Shown here one piece after another: positions 48,299-57,705 of a stretch of DNA of 64,000 nucleotides. The stretch lies in the NCBI GenBank assembly GCA_001790815.1, contig MGDU01000018.1, positions 788 to 64,787 on the forward strand. The letters are read 5' to 3'. Numbering within the stretch: position 1 is the stretch's first letter; every line of letters begins with the position of its first letter. The notes under the pieces were generated by a model. That model was not told where the DNA came from. It ran no database searches and saw nothing but the letters and a program-made list of their open reading frames with translations. The stretch comes from Candidatus Uhrbacteria bacterium RIFCSPHIGHO2_02_FULL_46_47. GTDB taxonomy: Bacteria > Patescibacteriota > Patescibacteriia > GWA2-47-26. The position numbers and the translations under genes are program-made.

Positions 48299-48425
48299 CG
48301 TAGCGCGGCACTTTATGTGCCGCTTAAGCGGGAGATAAACTCCCGCGCTACATTGCGCAGGCTAAAGACCTGCGACTACCTTCAAGCTACATTGCGCAGG
48401 CTAAAGACCTGCGACTACCTTCAAG
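48299..48425. repeat. REP-like GTAG palindromes plus a 37-bp direct tandem duplication
   Basis: GTAGCGCGG...CCGCGCTAC followed by two copies of CTACATTGCGCAGGCTAAAGACCTGCGACTACCTTCAAG. Confidence 0.75.
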
Positions 48426-48434
48426 TAGAAAAAT

Positions 48435-49667
48435 ATGGAAAACGAAAAAATTTACTACCAAGCGCTGGCGAGGTTTGATAAAATCGGGCCGTTGCGGTTG
48501 CGGACGCTTTTGAAAAGTTTCACATCCGTGGAGCAGATTTGGCACGCCTCGGCCCAAGACCTTACCCGCTCTGGATTGGATGAAAATGTTGCGACGGAAT
48601 TTGTGTCCTGGCGCAAAGACCAGGATATTGAAAAGCAGTGGGAAGAGTTGCAGAAAGAAGGGATACAGGTGGTGACGTGGGGGGATGCTCCCCCTCACCT
48701 GGCCTCCGGCCATCCTCTCCCTCAGGGAGAGGGACGGGGTGAGGGAAAATATCCATCACTCCTTGCTGAGATTCATGATCCGCCGCATACATTGTTTGTG
48801 AGAACAGCACACCCCCTCCTAACCTCCCCCATCAAGAGGGAGGGACAAATTGGTAGTTCCCCTCCCCTGGTGGGAGGGGTTAGGGGAGGGGAAATTTTTG
48901 ACAACACCTTCACCCTTGCGGTGGTGGGGACGCGCATGGCTACTACTTATGGCCGACAAATTGTAGAGCAGATTGTTGGGCCGCTGGCGCGCTCAGGACT
49001 AACTATTGTTTCCGGACTGGCCCTGGGAGTTGACGCGCTGGCACATGATGTAACTGTACGCGAAGGTGGAACTACCATTGCCGTGCTTGGCGGCGGGTGC
49101 GATCGCGCTTCAATTTATCCTACGAGCAACCGCGCCTTAGCCGAGAGGATCATTGAAAAAGGTGGCGCAGTAATTTCTGAATATCCGCCAGGTACTTTAG
49201 CCATGCCATTTCATTTCCCGCATCGCAATCGCATTATCTCCGGCATGAGCCGCGGTACTTTTGTTATTGAGGCCACTGAAGATTCTGGTTCGCTCATTAC
49301 CGCAAAGCACGCGCTTGAGCAAAACCGCGAAGTGTTTACAGTGCCCGGCGATATTACCCGCGATACATCGCGCGGGCCAAACAATCTTTTGAAAATGGGC
49401 GCGCACCCGGTACTTTGCGCTGATGATATTTTGGACGCGCTGAATTTGCAAGATTTAAAAGCCACAATTGAAGCGCGAAAAATCATGCCGGATGATCCAA
49501 CTGAAGAGAAGATTTTGGCGCACTTGGGAGATGAGCCAGTGCACATTGACGAGCTTGTGGAAAAGACACAAATGCAAGCTGGCGAAACTGCTTCATGCTT
49601 GACACTTATGGAAATGAAAGGTAAAGTCCGGCATATTGGAGGAATGAACTATGTGCTCGCGCACTGA
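48435..49667 (+). CDS. dprA: DNA-processing protein DprA
   Basis: YP.LL.EI.DPP, AVVGTR..T.YG, VSGLA.GVD..AH, F..RNRIISG, SGSLITA..ALEQ.REVF. Confidence 0.97.
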   Translation: MENEKIYYQALARFDKIGPLRLRTLLKSFTSVEQIWHASAQDLTRSGLDENVATEFVSWRKDQDIEKQWEELQKEGIQVVTWGDAPPHLASGHPLPQGEGRGEGKYPSLLAEIHDPPHTLFVRTAHPLLTSPIKREGQIGSSPPLVGGVRGGEIFDNTFTLAVVGTRMATTYGRQIVEQIVGPLARSGLTIVSGLALGVDALAHDVTVREGGTTIAVLGGGCDRASIYPTSNRALAERIIEKGGAVISEYPPGTLAMPFHFPHRNRIISGMSRGTFVIEATEDSGSLITAKHALEQNREVFTVPGDITRDTSRGPNNLLKMGAHPVLCADDILDALNLQDLKATIEARKIMPDDPTEEKILAHLGDEPVHIDELVEKTQMQAGETASCLTLMEMKGKVRHIGGMNYVLAH

Positions 49668-49782
49668 TATGATACGAATCAGCGAATATCTGACGAATCT
49701 ACCAATATACGAATTGAGTAAGGATTTCGTAGATTCGCATATTCGTTGATTCGCTATAAGATTTGTAGATTCGTATCATAAT

Positions 49783-51969
49783 ATGAAGCTCATCATTGTT
49801 GAATCCCCTACTAAAGCCAAGACGCTCTCCAAATTCCTCGGGAGTGATTTTGTTGTTAAATCCTCCTTTGGCCATATTCGTGATTTGCCTAAAAGCAATA
49901 AAGACGCGGTGGATATTGCCGGCGGTTTTGTGCCGCGCTATCAGATCTTGAAAGAGAAACAAAAAGTCATTGCGGAATTACGCGAAGCCGCGGAAAAGGC
50001 GGACGAAGTCATTTTGTCCCCTGATCCTGATCGCGAAGGTGAAGCAATTGCCTGGCATTTGGCGCAGGTCATTGGCCTTAAAAACCCCAAGCGCAGTGTT
50101 TTCCATGAAATAACGCAGCGTGCTGTGGCGGAGGCGCTGGCGCATCCGCGCGAGATTGATAATCAACTGGTGCGCGCTCAAGAAGCCCGCCGGGTTTTGG
50201 ATCGCCTGTTTGGCTATGATCTTTCCGGTTTAATTTGGAAAAAAGTTCGCTATGGCTTGTCAGCTGGACGCGTGCAATCCCCAGCACTGCGCATACTTAT
50301 GGAGCGCGAGCGCGAAATTCGAGCGTTTGTGCCGGAAAAATTCTGGGTCATAAGCGCGAACCTTAAAACAAAGTCTGGCGGAGCCTTTACCGCCACTTGC
50401 GTAGAAGAACCAAAAACCGAACCAGAAGCCAAAAAGATATTAACGGCGGCGCAAACCGGAACATGGTTTGTCAAAGATATTGAAGAATCAGAGCAGTCCC
50501 GCGCGGCGCGTCCACCCTTTACCACCTCTACTTTACAACAAACTGCCAGCACCCGTTTGGGATTTTCTCCATCACGCACCATGCGTATAGCGCAAAAACT
50601 GTACGAAGCCGGACACATTACCTACATGCGCACCGACAGCGTACATCTGGCGCAGGAAGCACAAGCGAATTTTATCGCGGTGATTAAAAAAGAGTTTGGT
50701 GAAAATTACGCCGAGCCGCGTGAGTACAAAACCAAAAGCAAATCCGCGCAAGAAGCGCACGAGGCAATTCGACCAACTGACGCAGCTGTGCGCGCCTGCG
50801 GCGCGAATGAAGAAGAGAAAAAATTATACGTGCTTATTCGTGCGCGGGCGCTGGCCAGTCAAATGTCTGACGCGCGCATTGCCCGCACCAAAATCATTGC
50901 TAACATCTCCAACAGTTCCCTTCCTGATTTTGCCGTAAATGGTTCGCGCGTGGTGTTTGAAGGATGGCTTAAGGCTGACCCGTCTGCCCGCGGTGAAGAT
51001 GTTGAACTTCCCAAAACCGCAAAGAACGATCCGCTCACACTTATGGAGGCGGCCTTTGAAGGCAAGGAAACCCAACCGCCCGGACGCTATAGTGAAGCCG
51101 GATTGGTTAAGGAGCTGGAGAAGCGTGATATTGGACGGCCGTCTACCTATGCCTCCATTATCAAAACCCTGGAGGACCGCGGCTATGTGGAAAAACAAAA
51201 TCGCACACTCATGCCCACTGCGACCGGAGACGTGGTCAGCTCATTTATTGAAGAAAATTTTGGCGACTACATTTCCGATACTTTTACCGCGGAAATGGAA
51301 AATGAGCTGGACGAAATTGCCGAGGGTAAACGCACCTATGAAGGGACGCTCACGGAATTTTACGAGCCCTTTCACAAAGCTGTCAAAGGGAAAAGCGGAG
51401 TAGCCAAAATTACCGAAATGGGAGCGGCGCCAAAAGAATTTCCCTGCCCGATTTGCGGCAAGGCCATGGTGTATAAACTTTCGCGCACCGGCCGTTTTAT
51501 GAGTTGCGTTGATTTTCCAAAATGCCTTGGCGCGCGCAAAGAAGACGGCAGTGTTATCGCGCCACCCAAAGAAATTGGAGAAACCTGCCCGGAATGTAGC
51601 CGCCTGCCTGCCGGTAGGCAGGGCCAATTGATTGAACGTGAAGGACGGTTCGGCCGATTTATCGCGTGCAGTAATTATCCAAAATGCAAATTTATTAAAA
51701 AAGGTGAGGCGGAGGAAGCCAAAGGAAAAACCGGCGTGCAATGCCCGATATGCAAGAAGGGAGAGATGGTTGAGCGGCGCGGCAAATTCGGCGTTTTTTA
51801 TTCCTGCTCCAATTATCCAGATTGCAAAAATGCTATCAAAGCGCGGCCGACCGGACGACTTTGTAATTTGTGCGGCGCCCTATATATGCTCGGTACCAAA
51901 ACAATTCCGGAGCGCTGTTCAAACAAAGACTGCCCAAATCACAATCCGCATAAATTGAAAGCGAATTAG
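49783..51969 (+). CDS. topA: DNA topoisomerase I
   Basis: IVESP.KAKT, D.DREGE, SAGRVQS, ITYMRTD, QEAHEAIRPT, C-terminal Zn ribbons. Confidence 0.99.
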   Translation: MKLIIVESPTKAKTLSKFLGSDFVVKSSFGHIRDLPKSNKDAVDIAGGFVPRYQILKEKQKVIAELREAAEKADEVILSPDPDREGEAIAWHLAQVIGLKNPKRSVFHEITQRAVAEALAHPREIDNQLVRAQEARRVLDRLFGYDLSGLIWKKVRYGLSAGRVQSPALRILMEREREIRAFVPEKFWVISANLKTKSGGAFTATCVEEPKTEPEAKKILTAAQTGTWFVKDIEESEQSRAARPPFTTSTLQQTASTRLGFSPSRTMRIAQKLYEAGHITYMRTDSVHLAQEAQANFIAVIKKEFGENYAEPREYKTKSKSAQEAHEAIRPTDAAVRACGANEEEKKLYVLIRARALASQMSDARIARTKIIANISNSSLPDFAVNGSRVVFEGWLKADPSARGEDVELPKTAKNDPLTLMEAAFEGKETQPPGRYSEAGLVKELEKRDIGRPSTYASIIKTLEDRGYVEKQNRTLMPTATGDVVSSFIEENFGDYISDTFTAEMENELDEIAEGKRTYEGTLTEFYEPFHKAVKGKSGVAKITEMGAAPKEFPCPICGKAMVYKLSRTGRFMSCVDFPKCLGARKEDGSVIAPPKEIGETCPECSRLPAGRQGQLIEREGRFGRFIACSNYPKCKFIKKGEAEEAKGKTGVQCPICKKGEMVERRGKFGVFYSCSNYPDCKNAIKARPTGRLCNLCGALYMLGTKTIPERCSNKDCPNHNPHKLKAN

Positions 51970-51995
51970 CGGATTAGAGATTAGCGAATTAGCTT

Positions 51996-52373
51996 ATGGC
52001 TCACACATTTTATGAACTTAACATTTGGAAAAAGGGGCATGAACTTCTTATAGAAGTATACAAAGTAACGGCCAAATATCCACCTACTGAAAAGTACGGC
52101 CTTAGTAATGATACTAGGCGTTCTGGCAACTCTATCATTGCAAATATCGCGGAAGCGCACGGTAGATATTTTTTTGCCGATAAAGTGCGCGTCCTTTATA
52201 TTGCCCGCGGGGAAGTGGAAGAAATACGGAGTCATTTGAGAGTTGCGGAAAGTCTTAGTTATATTTCAAATGAAAAATTCCAGTGGTTTGATCAAGAATA
52301 TGAGGGTCTCGCAAAAGGCATAAGTAGCTACATTGCTAGCCTGGAACAACAATCCCAAAATCAACACGACTAA
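51996..52373 (+). CDS. Four-helix-bundle protein (23S rRNA IVP/bAvd-like family)
   Basis: F.EL.IW.K, P..EKYGL, RRS..SI.ANIAE..GR, IARG...E. Confidence 0.92.
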   Translation: MAHTFYELNIWKKGHELLIEVYKVTAKYPPTEKYGLSNDTRRSGNSIIANIAEAHGRYFFADKVRVLYIARGEVEEIRSHLRVAESLSYISNEKFQWFDQEYEGLAKGISSYIASLEQQSQNQHD

Positions 52374-52713
52374 TTCGCTCAATTCGCTAATTAGCTAATC
52401 CTCTCTTAAATACAAAGACAGCCGGACAGGCTAACCCCTAAAACCAAAGTAATAAGAGGGCGCGCTGCCGGCCGTCACCGATTAGTATATCCACACGCGT
52501 TCCCCTTGACAATACCCGTGTCAAGCGATAACATAAGACTGTAATAAGAGGAATCCCAAAAACCAGGAAATGCCCGATGTGCAAACACTGGGCATTTTCT
52601 TTTATCATCTTGACAGGAATCTGCTTTTACTCTATTCTGAACACAGAAGTTGACGCATGATCTGCAATAATGTAGATGATGTAAGTTCAACTGCACCTTA
52701 ACAAGGAACAAAC

Positions 52714-54015
52714 ATGCCAGTCACTGAGCTGCTTGCGCTCGTAGATCCTGATCTACCGCGCACCAGTTCAGGGTTGCGCGGTCTATATAAAATCAATTGC
52801 GGCAAGGCCACAAGAATGCGGGAACTTACAAATCTTGTGAGATCACTAGAATCCGCAGGAGGCATCACTGCCCAACGGTACATCATCTGGGCATACTTCC
52901 AAAGGCTCGTGCTTGGGCCGCAAAACGTGTCAGACTCGCAACTCCCGCTTCCACTTCTTGGGGATCCAAACGAACTTTACCAGGCACTTTGCGAACGACT
53001 CATGATCGTGCGCAAAGCGTTACGTAAGTTCCTTCGTCCTTACATCCCAGAACATCTTATACGCGCGCTTTTTTCACGCCATGCTGAAGAAGAGCCACTC
53101 CAAGACATCACGGCAATCGTGATACCGAGTTTCGGGATCATGCCGAAGGAATGGAACCCTTCTTCAGAAGAGCGAAGACTTTCCTTTGAATTACAGCGCG
53201 ACTGTATACTTACGTTCATCAATTACGACCTGCTCAAGCGTGGCAAATGGATCGGTTATAAACGAAGTCACGAGGATTTTCAAGATGTGGCGGAATTCCT
53301 CGTATCGCAAGGGCTACTGGATTCAATACCCGAGCATAAAATAGTGGCTTCGCTGCACGATCCGGGAAACGCGCTACGAACCGTGTGGATTCATGGCATC
53401 GACGGCTTTGCGCCGCCTTATCAGAATCATCTGACGCATCGCACTACAAAACTTGCTTTCACGCATCTGCGCATGGAAGATCACGCTATCCCGGTAATAA
53501 TGCAAGTGCGCAGAAAAGGATTTCTGCAAACGCTCGGAAAATGGCGTGCGGTATATACAGAAAAGCAACAGAAAACGCTTGACCTGGTGCATGACCGGAG
53601 AGGCATTTGTTTTGCCTATAAGTCAATGGAAGAACTTGAGGAGGGAGCGGCTTTCTTGCGTAAACGCCTTCCCTTTAATCAAATTCTTGGAAACGTATGG
53701 GAGCAGTACCATGAATCGCCGGGAGACAACCCCCATAGTGCTTCCAACTTCAGAGCGATTGCCTACTACCGACTGCTTTGCAAATCACCCGGGCGGCGGT
53801 ATCAACTCCAACATCGCCTGATGTCGCAACACATTGGTCTTGTGCATTGCCGGGGAGCAGAAAATCATACTCTTTACCATCTGCGGCAATATACTACCAA
53901 ACCTAATGGCCTGCTTTACTGGCTATTTCCCAAAAGTATCTATGGGATTGATTGGGGAGATGCAACAGTCTTTGAGGAGCTCCTTCATCACGCACTCGCG
54001 TCGCTTCCCGCTTAG
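52714..54015 (+). CDS. Hypothetical protein with a divergent RelA/SpoT-synthetase-like C-terminal domain
   Basis: RRKGFLQTLGK / VHDRRG / NPHSASNFRAI / YQLQHR can be aligned by eye to the SYNTH motifs of the adjacent Rel. Confidence 0.55.
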   Translation: MPVTELLALVDPDLPRTSSGLRGLYKINCGKATRMRELTNLVRSLESAGGITAQRYIIWAYFQRLVLGPQNVSDSQLPLPLLGDPNELYQALCERLMIVRKALRKFLRPYIPEHLIRALFSRHAEEEPLQDITAIVIPSFGIMPKEWNPSSEERRLSFELQRDCILTFINYDLLKRGKWIGYKRSHEDFQDVAEFLVSQGLLDSIPEHKIVASLHDPGNALRTVWIHGIDGFAPPYQNHLTHRTTKLAFTHLRMEDHAIPVIMQVRRKGFLQTLGKWRAVYTEKQQKTLDLVHDRRGICFAYKSMEELEEGAAFLRKRLPFNQILGNVWEQYHESPGDNPHSASNFRAIAYYRLLCKSPGRRYQLQHRLMSQHIGLVHCRGAENHTLYHLRQYTTKPNGLLYWLFPKSIYGIDWGDATVFEELLHHALASLPA

Positions 54016-54086
54016 CGCTACTTCCGAGAGGTGGCGCTCTTTTTTATCTTGACGCACGCGATGTAAAACGCTATACTGCACAATAT

Positions 54087-55580
54087 ATGGATGAACTTCT
54101 GCAGTCACTTCTTTCCGCAGTTACAGGAACTTTTTCTTCCGCGGATATTCAACTTGTAGAGCGTGCGTATAATTTTGCATTTAAAGCACACACAAACCAA
54201 ACGCGATTAAATGGCATGCCTTTTATTACGCATTCCGTCGGCACGGCAGAATTGCTTGCACAATGGAAATTACCTCCTCTTCTTGTAGTTGCCGGACTTT
54301 TGCATGATGTACCGGAGGATACTCCTCTTACTATCAGTGATATTGAAAAAGAATTCGGCAAAGAAATTGCGAACATTGTTGAAGGAGAGACGAAGCTCGA
54401 TCATCTTAAATATCAGGGAGTTGAACGTTACGCCGAAAATCTTCGCAAAATGTTCCTTGCAATAGCAAGCGATATACGGGTTATTTTTGTAAAATTCGCG
54501 GATAGAATTCATAATCTACAAACGCTTGAAGGCATTCCGGAATATAAACAACAACGCATTGCGCTTGAAAGCCTTGAAATCTACGCGCCGATTGCCAATC
54601 GTTTGGGAATGGGCGCGATTCGCGGTGAACTAGAAGATCTTTCTTTCAAATATGTGCATCCTGCAGAATATGCATGGGTCACCTCGCTTGTTCAAGATCG
54701 TCTTAAATATAAAGAAGGGTACCTTGAAACAATCAAAACAATTATTGAGAAAGATCTTAAACAAGGCGGGATTATTCCGATTTCCATTCACGGCCGCACA
54801 AAACACCTTTACAGTTTGTACAAAAAACTTCTTGAAAAAGATCGCGATATTTCTAAAGTATACGATATTGTGGCCGAGCGTATTATTGTGCCAACTGTTC
54901 AAGATTGTTATGCGACGCTTGGCATTCTACACCAACGTTGGAAGCCATTAAAAGGACGCATTAAAGATTACATTGCTCAGCCAAAACCCAATGGCTATCA
55001 ATCTATACACACGACTATTTTTTGCGACGATGGCGAGATTGTAGAGTTCCAAATCCGCACCCCGCAGATGCATGAGGAGGCAGAGTACGGTATCGCGGCA
55101 CATTGGTTTTATGTGGACAAAGGCAAAAAAATCGTGGTAATGGATCACCACTTAAGCTGGCTTAAAGATCTGGTCAAGATTCAAAAAAATATCAATGACC
55201 GCACGAAATTTCTTGAAGCTCTTGAATCTCTCAAAATTGATTTTTTCAATAATCGTATTTTTGTCTTTACTCCCAATGGCGATGTTATTGATCTTCCGGA
55301 AGGAGCCACGCCGGTTGATTTTGCTTATGCCATTCATACTGAAATTGGCAATCATTGCACCTCCGCGCGCGTCAATGATAAAATGACCCAACTGAATGTA
55401 CCTCTACAATCTGGCGATGTAGTTAAAATTACTACTGATAAAAATCGCAAAGGTCCCTCGCCGGATTGGCTCGATTCTGTAAAAACAAATCATGCCCGCG
55501 CAAAGATTAAAGAAGCCGTAAAAAAAACAAAATTCTCGGGCTGGCTCCGAGAGCTCGTGCACCATCGGAAATCAAACTGA
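54087..55580 (+). CDS. rel: RelA/SpoT-family (p)ppGpp synthetase/hydrolase (HD + SYNTH + TGS, truncated C-terminus)
   Basis: LLHDV.EDT, K.ADR.HN, YAPIA.RLG, GR.KH.YS, KDYIA.PK.NGYQS.HT, EFQIRT, TPVDFAY.IH. Confidence 0.95.
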   Translation: MDELLQSLLSAVTGTFSSADIQLVERAYNFAFKAHTNQTRLNGMPFITHSVGTAELLAQWKLPPLLVVAGLLHDVPEDTPLTISDIEKEFGKEIANIVEGETKLDHLKYQGVERYAENLRKMFLAIASDIRVIFVKFADRIHNLQTLEGIPEYKQQRIALESLEIYAPIANRLGMGAIRGELEDLSFKYVHPAEYAWVTSLVQDRLKYKEGYLETIKTIIEKDLKQGGIIPISIHGRTKHLYSLYKKLLEKDRDISKVYDIVAERIIVPTVQDCYATLGILHQRWKPLKGRIKDYIAQPKPNGYQSIHTTIFCDDGEIVEFQIRTPQMHEEAEYGIAAHWFYVDKGKKIVVMDHHLSWLKDLVKIQKNINDRTKFLEALESLKIDFFNNRIFVFTPNGDVIDLPEGATPVDFAYAIHTEIGNHCTSARVNDKMTQLNVPLQSGDVVKITTDKNRKGPSPDWLDSVKTNHARAKIKEAVKKTKFSGWLRELVHHRKSN

Positions 55581-56498
55581 CTATTCTGCTGAACCAGAGA
55601 TTTTACCGATAATTTCACTATAATCCTGATCTGAATAAAACTGGATCACAATCTTGCCGCGCTCGCCACTTTTTTCTATTTGTACTTTTGTATTAAGCGT
55701 CTCGCGCAACCGCATCTCATCCGCAAGAAGTGCTGGATCTTTGGTACTGGTACGTTTTCTTCGAATTTTAGGCGCGGCAAGATCCTGCGCCTCGCGCACT
55801 GTTAGACCTTCCCCGACCATGCGGTCAAACACTTCCTTGCGCGCGCGCGGATTATCAATGGATAGAAGGATACGCGCGTGTGCCGGACTGATTTTGCCTG
55901 AAGCAACTGATGTCTGCATCTCAGTTGGAAGCTCTAAAAGCCGCAAGGCGTTAGAAATTGATTCTCGGCTTTTACCAGCTTTCTTTGCGGCTTCTTCCTG
56001 CGTCAAACCAAATGTCTCAACTAGTTCGCGATATGCTTCTGCTTCCTCTATAGGATTGAGATCTTGCCGCTGTATATTTTCAATAAGCGATAGTTCCAAT
56101 TTTTCAAGATCGTCCGCATGGCGCACTACCACTGGCACAGTTTTCAATTTCAGCATTTTGACTGCCCGCAAACGCCGCTCGCCAGCAATAAGCTCAAAAC
56201 GCCCATCGTTTTTTTCAGTAACAATGAGCGGTTCCAAAATCCCGTACTCTTTAATTGAAGCTTTCAGCTCCTGGAGTTTTTCCTCATTAAAAATCGTGCG
56301 CGGCTGGCGCGGATTAGGATCAATGCGATCAGGCGCAACCTGAAGCACGCTCATCACCTCCCCCTCATCAGGATCGTGGGGCGGAAGCACCCTCACCCTA
56401 TCCTCTCCCTGGGGGAGAGGGTGGCCGGAGGTCGGGTGAGGGGTGGGGGCAATGACTCCCGGAATAAGCGAACTTAAACCCTTGCCAAAAGTATCCAT
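55581..56498 (-). CDS. parB: Chromosome partitioning protein ParB
   Basis: GKGLSSLI, PNP.QPR..F, LIAGERR.RA, LIENIQR.DLNPIEEA. Confidence 0.97.
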   Translation of the reverse strand: MDTFGKGLSSLIPGVIAPTPHPTSGHPLPQGEDRVRVLPPHDPDEGEVMSVLQVAPDRIDPNPRQPRTIFNEEKLQELKASIKEYGILEPLIVTEKNDGRFELIAGERRLRAVKMLKLKTVPVVVRHADDLEKLELSLIENIQRQDLNPIEEAEAYRELVETFGLTQEEAAKKAGKSRESISNALRLLELPTEMQTSVASGKISPAHARILLSIDNPRARKEVFDRMVGEGLTVREAQDLAAPKIRRKRTSTKDPALLADEMRLRETLNTKVQIEKSGERGKIVIQFYSDQDYSEIIGKISGSAE

Positions 56499-56501
56499 AC
56501 T

Positions 56502-57704
56502 TTATTTGAAATTTGAAAAAGCTAATTTCTGCTGATTAATGAACGCTAAATTTCGGATATCAATTTTTTTAACTTTAATTTCGGATATTGCTTCTGTTTT
56601 TCCGGTTTTATGAATTACAAATAGATATTCTTTATTAGACCCATTTTTTTCGTTAATCCATTCGTTCGTTGTTCGGGTAATTGTTGACATCACATTCTTT
56701 TTATAATCCATCTCAATAATAGAAACTTTTTTCTTTAAATCTTTGAGAATTTCTTTTATTGCTTGTAAAGTAGCCCTACCATTATTGTTATATGATAAAA
56801 CCACATATTTAGCCGGTGCATTTTTTATCAATTTTTCTATAGCATCAATAACTATATATTGACCTTTATCATTTTTTCTAAACTCTTCAAAAACAGAGCC
56901 TGAGATCATATCGCCCACATCTTCCCGTCTGTTTGCTACTCCAACCAATTTTGGTTGATCATTCAAACAAATTGTTTTCCAAATATGATAATACGAGGCA
57001 TATCGCACCCGAGAGGGTGGCATTAACTCGTTTGAAGAACCATAAGGCGGATCATAATACGCCAAATCAACTTCAATATCATTTACTAAATCAAAAATAT
57101 CTTTTTGATAAACTTTGTGTGGCTTTTCATCAATAATCAAACGAGGCACCTCCATTTTCATTATATTGTAGGCGCGAGGAGCCCATTTTTTCAAATACGA
57201 AACTTGATGACCAACAGAACTATCAACTTTATCCATCGCTATAATTAAACTGGTAAGTAGTACTGATTTTTCAATTTCTTCATTCGCGATTTTATCAATT
57301 TCTTCTCTTATTGCGTCCAATTTTTTAGTATTGTGTATTTGCCAAATTCTTTTTCTGCCGTCTTCTTGTATAGCCGAGCCGCCGTTCGGCTTGCCGCCAT
57401 AATTTTCAGAAAACCAGCCGTATTTCCCGGGAAGTTTATTAAGATGCTCTATCATCGGCAAATAATAACTTACTGGTCTTCTATTTAGAAGATAGCATTC
57501 ACCAAAAACTTTGGACCAATCCGCGATATCGTTGGCATAAACGGTATAGCCGGCTTGCTTTAATGCTTGGGAAACTCTTGTTGTCCCGGAAAAACCATCT
57601 AAAACCGTTTTAACATTCATTGGCCTTATCAATTCTAACAAAGCAGGAAGTATTTCCCTTTTAGAACCGGTGTATTTTACTCCTTGTGTTTTAAGATCAA
57701 ACAT
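56502..57704 (-). CDS. DNA adenine methyltransferase (D12-class-like)
   Basis: KY.GSK, D.FSGT..VS, Y.DPPY, LSYN; AT-rich. Confidence 0.9.
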   Translation of the reverse strand: MFDLKTQGVKYTGSKREILPALLELIRPMNVKTVLDGFSGTTRVSQALKQAGYTVYANDIADWSKVFGECYLLNRRPVSYYLPMIEHLNKLPGKYGWFSENYGGKPNGGSAIQEDGRKRIWQIHNTKKLDAIREEIDKIANEEIEKSVLLTSLIIAMDKVDSSVGHQVSYLKKWAPRAYNIMKMEVPRLIIDEKPHKVYQKDIFDLVNDIEVDLAYYDPPYGSSNELMPPSRVRYASYYHIWKTICLNDQPKLVGVANRREDVGDMISGSVFEEFRKNDKGQYIVIDAIEKLIKNAPAKYVVLSYNNNGRATLQAIKEILKDLKKKVSIIEMDYKKNVMSTITRTTNEWINEKNGSNKEYLFVIHKTGKTEAISEIKVKKIDIRNLAFINQQKLAFSNFK

Positions 57705-57705
57705 A

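Noticed and set aside
48348-48425. Possible CRISPR array
   Set aside because: Only two abutting 37-bp copies with no spacer, and no cas genes in the window.
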